DNA from: Candidatus Bathyarchaeota archaeon
GTDB lineage: Archaea; Thermoproteota; CALKCG01; B24; DRYS01
Length of the DNA: 64,000 nucleotides
NCBI GenBank assembly: GCA_018396535.1
Contig: JAGTQC010000002.1
Location: 160,001 to 224,000 of the forward strand
Direction of reading: 5' to 3'
Positions 59,767 through 64,000 of the stretch are shown here, piece after piece; position 1 is the first letter of the stretch, and every line of letters begins with the position of its first letter. Under the pieces are notes generated by a model that did not search any database, was not told the DNA's origin, and saw nothing but the letters and a program-made list of their open reading frames with translations. A program made the translations under genes and the position numbers.

Positions 59767-61125
59767 CTAGGGTTTGGATCCTGATAGTTTCTCAAACCAT
59801 TCTAGATCCTCATCCTCTATCCTCCTATACTCTACGATCCTCTTTTCTACAGCCTCCAACTCCTCTTCGAATATACGTTTCAACTCCTCTTCGAATCTAG
59901 CCGGATACTTGTAGGGCTCCTCTATCGTCAGGTATAGTATTCCTGAAGCTAGCCTACCGATTATGGATACCGTATACATTATAGTCATAGCTTCATGGAA
60001 TCCGTAGCCTAAGCCTGTAAGCTGATCTAGCAGGTATCCTCCTACCGTAGATCCTATGAAGGATGATGATCCAGCTATAGCGTTGTATAAGCTTGTATAG
60101 GATCCTCTCATACCCCTAGGCGATATATCGAGTAGGTATGCGGATAAAGCTACATCAGAAGCAGCGGTTAGTATACCTATCACAAAGTTCACTACTATAA
60201 GCTCATAGATAGAGCGAGCTATAGCATATATGAGAGGTATCAGGAATAAGCCAACCCTACCCAAGACTATGAGAGGCTTACGCCCAGCTCTATCAGCAAG
60301 CCTACCGGTAAACCTACGTACAATTATAGCTGTAGAAGCACTAACAACACTTAGAAGCGATACCTGAAACATATCAGCTCTAACAACCCTAACTATAGTT
60401 AACGTAAATAGAGGCCAGCTTAAACCCATAGAGAAGCCTTGAAACGTAGAAAGTATACAAAGCCTTTTAAAATACCTATTAGATTTCAAAGCCTTAACCC
60501 AATCCCTAATAGAGAATGAGTAAAACCCACGGATAGGCTCCTCCCCAACCTTAAAGATAGCTAAAGCCGCAGCTAGATTAAATACGAAACATAGGATTAA
60601 AGGTATACGATACATCTCCCCCACAGACCCGCCAACCCTATAGATGATATACCCGGATAGAATAGTCGCAGGCATACTACCTATAGAAGCCATAGCGTTA
60701 AGCCTAGCCATAACCCTACCACGATCAGATCCGCTAGAATACTCACCTAGAAGATAATTCGAAGCAGGAGCAGCCATAGCTAGAAGTACATAAGCAGATA
60801 ACACAACCAGTATGAAGCTTAACATATCGCTAGCAAAGATCAATAGTAGAAGAATAAACCCGTATAGCAGAGTACCGAGAGCTATAAAAAGTGTACAACG
60901 CTTAACCCTATCCACAACGAAACCCCAAGGTATCTGAGCTATACTAGGAGAAACAGAGTTTACAGCTTGAACAAAACCCAACTCCGTAGGCGTAGCTCCA
61001 AGCTGAGCTGCATAGATAGATATAAACGGGCTTACAAACCCAGATCCAAAAGATGATAGGAGAACCCTCCTATACAAAGCCTTCAACACACGCTCCCCAG
61101 ATCTCTCAAACCTAGATCCAGTCAT
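59767..61125 (-). CDS. MFS transporter
   Basis: 12-TM pattern, motif A GRLADRAGRK; ATG 61125 preferred because the track start overlaps the divergent gene. Confidence 0.88.
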   Translation of the reverse strand: MTGSRFERSGERVLKALYRRVLLSSFGSGFVSPFISIYAAQLGATPTELGFVQAVNSVSPSIAQIPWGFVVDRVKRCTLFIALGTLLYGFILLLLIFASDMLSFILVVLSAYVLLAMAAPASNYLLGEYSSGSDRGRVMARLNAMASIGSMPATILSGYIIYRVGGSVGEMYRIPLILCFVFNLAAALAIFKVGEEPIRGFYSFSIRDWVKALKSNRYFKRLCILSTFQGFSMGLSWPLFTLTIVRVVRADMFQVSLLSVVSASTAIIVRRFTGRLADRAGRKPLIVLGRVGLFLIPLIYAIARSIYELIVVNFVIGILTAASDVALSAYLLDISPRGMRGSYTSLYNAIAGSSSFIGSTVGGYLLDQLTGLGYGFHEAMTIMYTVSIIGRLASGILYLTIEEPYKYPARFEEELKRIFEEELEAVEKRIVEYRRIEDEDLEWFEKLSGSKP

Positions 61126-61259
61126 AACCACTAAACCGCTATACCGATAACAGAGAAAATCTATAAAAGCTAATCTATGGATATAGAAATGGATAGCAAA
61201 GCAGATATAGACACTTATAGAAGTGGATAGCTTCATAGAACTAGGAGGGTTACCGAAGA

Positions 61260-61796
61260 TTGAGGAGGGAGGTTGAAGGAAGAATACTAAGAATACTAGC
61301 AAATATAGGAGTAATAGCCCTCATAATGCTAGCCCTAAGCTTCCTAAACATAAACATACAATCGATACTAAGACTCATACCGCATGAAGGATTCACATTC
61401 ATAACAGCTATAACAGTTATGATAACAGTCATACTATTCTTCATAGCTCTAAGAATCATACTAGATCTCATAAGACTAGTAGATATAGCATCTAACACCC
61501 TACTAAAACGCATACCCGGATTCAACCCTGAAAAAAGCCCATCGATAATCAGAGCATTAAAAGAGATATCGATAGTATTCCTAGCAGCTATAGCGCTATC
61601 CATAGCTACACCACTAATAACATCCATACCGAGAATAGGAGGATGGATAAACATAGCGTTAACCATAACAGTATTCATATTCTCCCTAATACTACTATAC
61701 GATGCAGGGAAAACCCTATACGCAGCATTCGAATCATCGATACAAACACTCATAGATAGAATAACATTAAAAGATAATACAGAAACTAGACAATAA
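61260..61796 (+). CDS. Membrane protein of unknown function (about 4 TM)
   Basis: Four hydrophobic segments, uninterrupted ORF. Confidence 0.7.
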   Translation: MRREVEGRILRILANIGVIALIMLALSFLNINIQSILRLIPHEGFTFITAITVMITVILFFIALRIILDLIRLVDIASNTLLKRIPGFNPEKSPSIIRALKEISIVFLAAIALSIATPLITSIPRIGGWINIALTITVFIFSLILLYDAGKTLYAAFESSIQTLIDRITLKDNTETRQ

Positions 61797-61809
61797 AACT
61801 ATAAATCCA

Positions 61810-62829
61810 CTACTTAGTCCTTATACCTATAGCTGGGATATTCTGCACCAGAGGCATACCATCGCTAAACTGTCCTTCAATAACTATCGTAACATAGCCA
61901 GATCCACTACTAGGAGTTTTACTCTCCCCGACGAATACAAGGGTTACACTCTGCCCATATCTCACTTCTAACCTATCGAAATCCAATATATATCCACTAC
62001 TACTCACATTCTTTATACTAAACAATATGTAATTACCTATACCGAGCTTTTCATGATAAAGCTTCATATACGAACCCCGTGTTATAATAAGCGTTCTTCC
62101 TCGCGGATCATAATTCGTAACATTTATAGTGAAAGCTATCAAACTACCTGATGGAACCTCAAACCCGGGAAGCCCGCCATCCGGATACTTTAACAATCTA
62201 TCACCTGATTTAGAGACATCATAATATGTGAAGGAATAGAACCAGAGAGTCATAGGTCCGAATTGCGTTTCAGCTAAGTATTCTACAACCTCCCTCCTTA
62301 CTATAGTTTCTATCTCTGTTTTAGGCGGTTTTAACGGCTCAGCTTTCTCTCTCGGATGCAGAACACCTCTATCCGACTCTAAATAGAAGTATATCTGATC
62401 CGGGTTTGCAAGACTAGCTAGATCTATCTTAAGTACAGAACCCGGCTTCAACATTGGTGGAAGCCTATCCGGAGCCCTCCCATCAACACTTAAACCTAGC
62501 ACTATACTATTCGGTGGTATAAGATCTACTATATACTCTATCCTCCCTTCTCTTATAAGCCATAACCTAGTAAGCGTTACAGTTGTCGATCCTGTATTAT
62601 TCACTGTTATAGTTGAAGCATCCTCAGATCCTTTAACAGATAAGCTTTCCCTAAGCTTTTCGTTTATGAAATTCAATTCTACTATCGCTTGACTTGACGT
62701 ATACTCCGCCGCCCTCTGATACAAAAGTATAAGCGGCAGAACTATACTGAATACTAGAGATATTATTATTATACCTCCTATCACAGCTGCCTGACCCTTC
62801 CTACCTTTCAAATATCCAACCCCACCCAT
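61810..62829 (-). CDS. Archaeal pilin-like protein (class III signal peptide)
   Basis: KGRKG/QAAVIGGIIIISLVFSIV, followed by ESL and beta-rich VNNTGS..V. Confidence 0.7.
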   Translation of the reverse strand: MGGVGYLKGRKGQAAVIGGIIIISLVFSIVLPLILLYQRAAEYTSSQAIVELNFINEKLRESLSVKGSEDASTITVNNTGSTTVTLTRLWLIREGRIEYIVDLIPPNSIVLGLSVDGRAPDRLPPMLKPGSVLKIDLASLANPDQIYFYLESDRGVLHPREKAEPLKPPKTEIETIVRREVVEYLAETQFGPMTLWFYSFTYYDVSKSGDRLLKYPDGGLPGFEVPSGSLIAFTINVTNYDPRGRTLIITRGSYMKLYHEKLGIGNYILFSIKNVSSSGYILDFDRLEVRYGQSVTLVFVGESKTPSSGSGYVTIVIEGQFSDGMPLVQNIPAIGIRTK

Positions 62830-62831
62830 AC

Positions 62832-63467
62832 TTATACACCTCTAAGTTGCAGGCTATCCACTATATAATACTTATCACCTATAGATTCTAGTATCATAAG
62901 GATAGGATACCCTTTATCAATCAGAACCCCTATCTTAGCATCGAGAAGTATACTACAGCCTGATGGACTAGGTTCAGCCCACACCTCGTATACCGTAACC
63001 GCCTGAGTATATCCTGTATAGAGCGGCGGCTTATCCACCGATGGATAAACCCTTGCTAAAGGTATTAGAGAAGCGGAGGGAGAGTAGGGTCTATACATAC
63101 CTCCATCACCCTTAAGTAGGAGTATACGACATCCAGGTTGACTAGATAGATCCTTATACACTAGTAGCGTATCGCTATAGTACTCACCCACTACCAGAGA
63201 GAACATTATCCTAGCACTACTCGTATCCAACCTCTTAACAAATATGAAGTGATCTGTTTTATTGAAGTATAGCTCATCTATAACCGTGTTAAACCTTAGC
63301 CTAGCTAGCTCACTCTGTATACTCTGATTATAGCTGGATATAGCAGCTTGAGATGCGAAATAACCGTAGACAGCTAAAGCTATAGCTAAAACCACACCTG
63401 TAAGGATAACTACCGATACAGGTTCAGATTGACTCAACCTCAATTTCATCTTAGAGCGCATAGTCAA
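62832..63467 (-). CDS. Archaeal pilin-like protein (class III signal peptide)
   Basis: Basic leader ...KLRLS/QSEPVSVVILTGVVLAIALAVY. Confidence 0.6.
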   Translation of the reverse strand: MTMRSKMKLRLSQSEPVSVVILTGVVLAIALAVYGYFASQAAISSYNQSIQSELARLRFNTVIDELYFNKTDHFIFVKRLDTSSARIMFSLVVGEYYSDTLLVYKDLSSQPGCRILLLKGDGGMYRPYSPSASLIPLARVYPSVDKPPLYTGYTQAVTVYEVWAEPSPSGCSILLDAKIGVLIDKGYPILMILESIGDKYYIVDSLQLRGV

Positions 63468-63639
63468 TCATACTCTTTATAAACATTGAGAATATCTAAT
63501 TATTAAAGTTTCTGGTTAAAAATCAAAATCGATGTAACATCTTTCACAAAGGTTAACCCACATCTAAGCTATAAGCTAACCATAGTATTCTAAAACATAA
63601 CCCAGTTCACAGAGACTTACATACAGCTACCCCACACCA

Positions 63640-64000
63640 TTATAGACTATACGAGGTAGACCTATACTCTGGAAATATGGATGCTGAAAACTCTCTCAAC
63701 ATAGATACAGCCTCCCCTAACGGAACATTCGTCATCGAGAAATCTATTATAATACCATCTGCACCTGCTTCGATATACTCATCGATCTTAGATCTCCACT
63801 CAGACAGCTTTCTACCTAAACCATCTGGATAAGTAAACGATGGTACTATACTTATAACCCTACCCCTAGACGCCTCCGATACCCTACGTACTAGATCCCT
63901 AAACCTATCTATAGATGTATTCGACATGGGTAGAATCCCTACACCATACCTTACGGCTACCTCTATTATCCGATCTGATGAACCACCAACCCATACTGGT
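63640..64000 (-). CDS. LLM-class (luciferase-like) flavin/F420 oxidoreductase, C-terminal part; 5' end outside window
   Basis: Frame is open to the window edge: PVWVGGSSDRIIEVAVRYGVG...YIEAGADGII. Confidence 0.75.
   Translation of the reverse strand, partial: PVWVGGSSDRIIEVAVRYGVGILPMSNTSIDRFRDLVRRVSEASRGRVISIVPSFTYPDGLGRKLSEWRSKIDEYIEAGADGIIIDFSMTNVPLGEAVSMLREFSASIFPEYRSTSYSL

Noticed and set aside
61126-61302. 59-aa N-terminal extension of the MFS ORF
   Set aside because: It spans the divergent promoter gap and overlaps the next gene; ATG 61125 gives a normal MFS length
3501-61753. Many antisense ORFs in the track (e.g. 15481-16080, 17622-18311, 35184-36014, 40361-41020, 57000-57623, 61250-61753)
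   Set aside because: Shadow frames overlapping well-supported genes, with Ser/Ile/Leu-rich composition and no motifs
1-64000. CRISPR arrays, IS elements, integrases, rRNA, inteins
   Set aside because: No regularly spaced repeats, transposase/integrase motifs, rRNA-like stretches or intein insertions were seen

Overview
Gene-dense chromosomal window of an archaeon of the TACK group. The evidence is ribosomal protein S25e, an archaeal HMG-CoA synthase/thiolase/DUF35 trio, Elp3, RtcB and a GPN GTPase. Ftr, a URO-D-like methyltransferase relic, a GH38 mannosidase and an LLM oxidoreductase would fit a Bathyarchaeia-like lineage (inference). The window is mostly housekeeping: about 62 CDS, one tRNA-Gly(GCC), a his operon (C-G-A-B-F-D-E-I, no hisH), isoprenoid, purine and pyrimidine genes, an Mre11/Rad50 pair, three ABC loci and two pilin-like genes. 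I saw no CRISPR array, rRNA or intact mobile element. Features the ORF track misses are a 55-aa CdrS-like RHH regulator, the real Rad50 N-terminus (apparent CTG start), a URO-D-family pseudogene, an AT-rich gene relic and a candidate structured guide sRNA. The best candidate for an undescribed system is an ABC importer (48417-53472) divergent from a DUF47 gene. It pairs a ModB/CysT-type fused permease with a binding protein of the family usually fused to vWA domains, and its two ATPases carry motif defects that map to the same composite site. Other oddities are strong over-use of CTAG/AGCT/GATC palindromes and a strand-skewed patch near 60.4-63.6 kb. All family calls come from motif recognition; no database searches were run.
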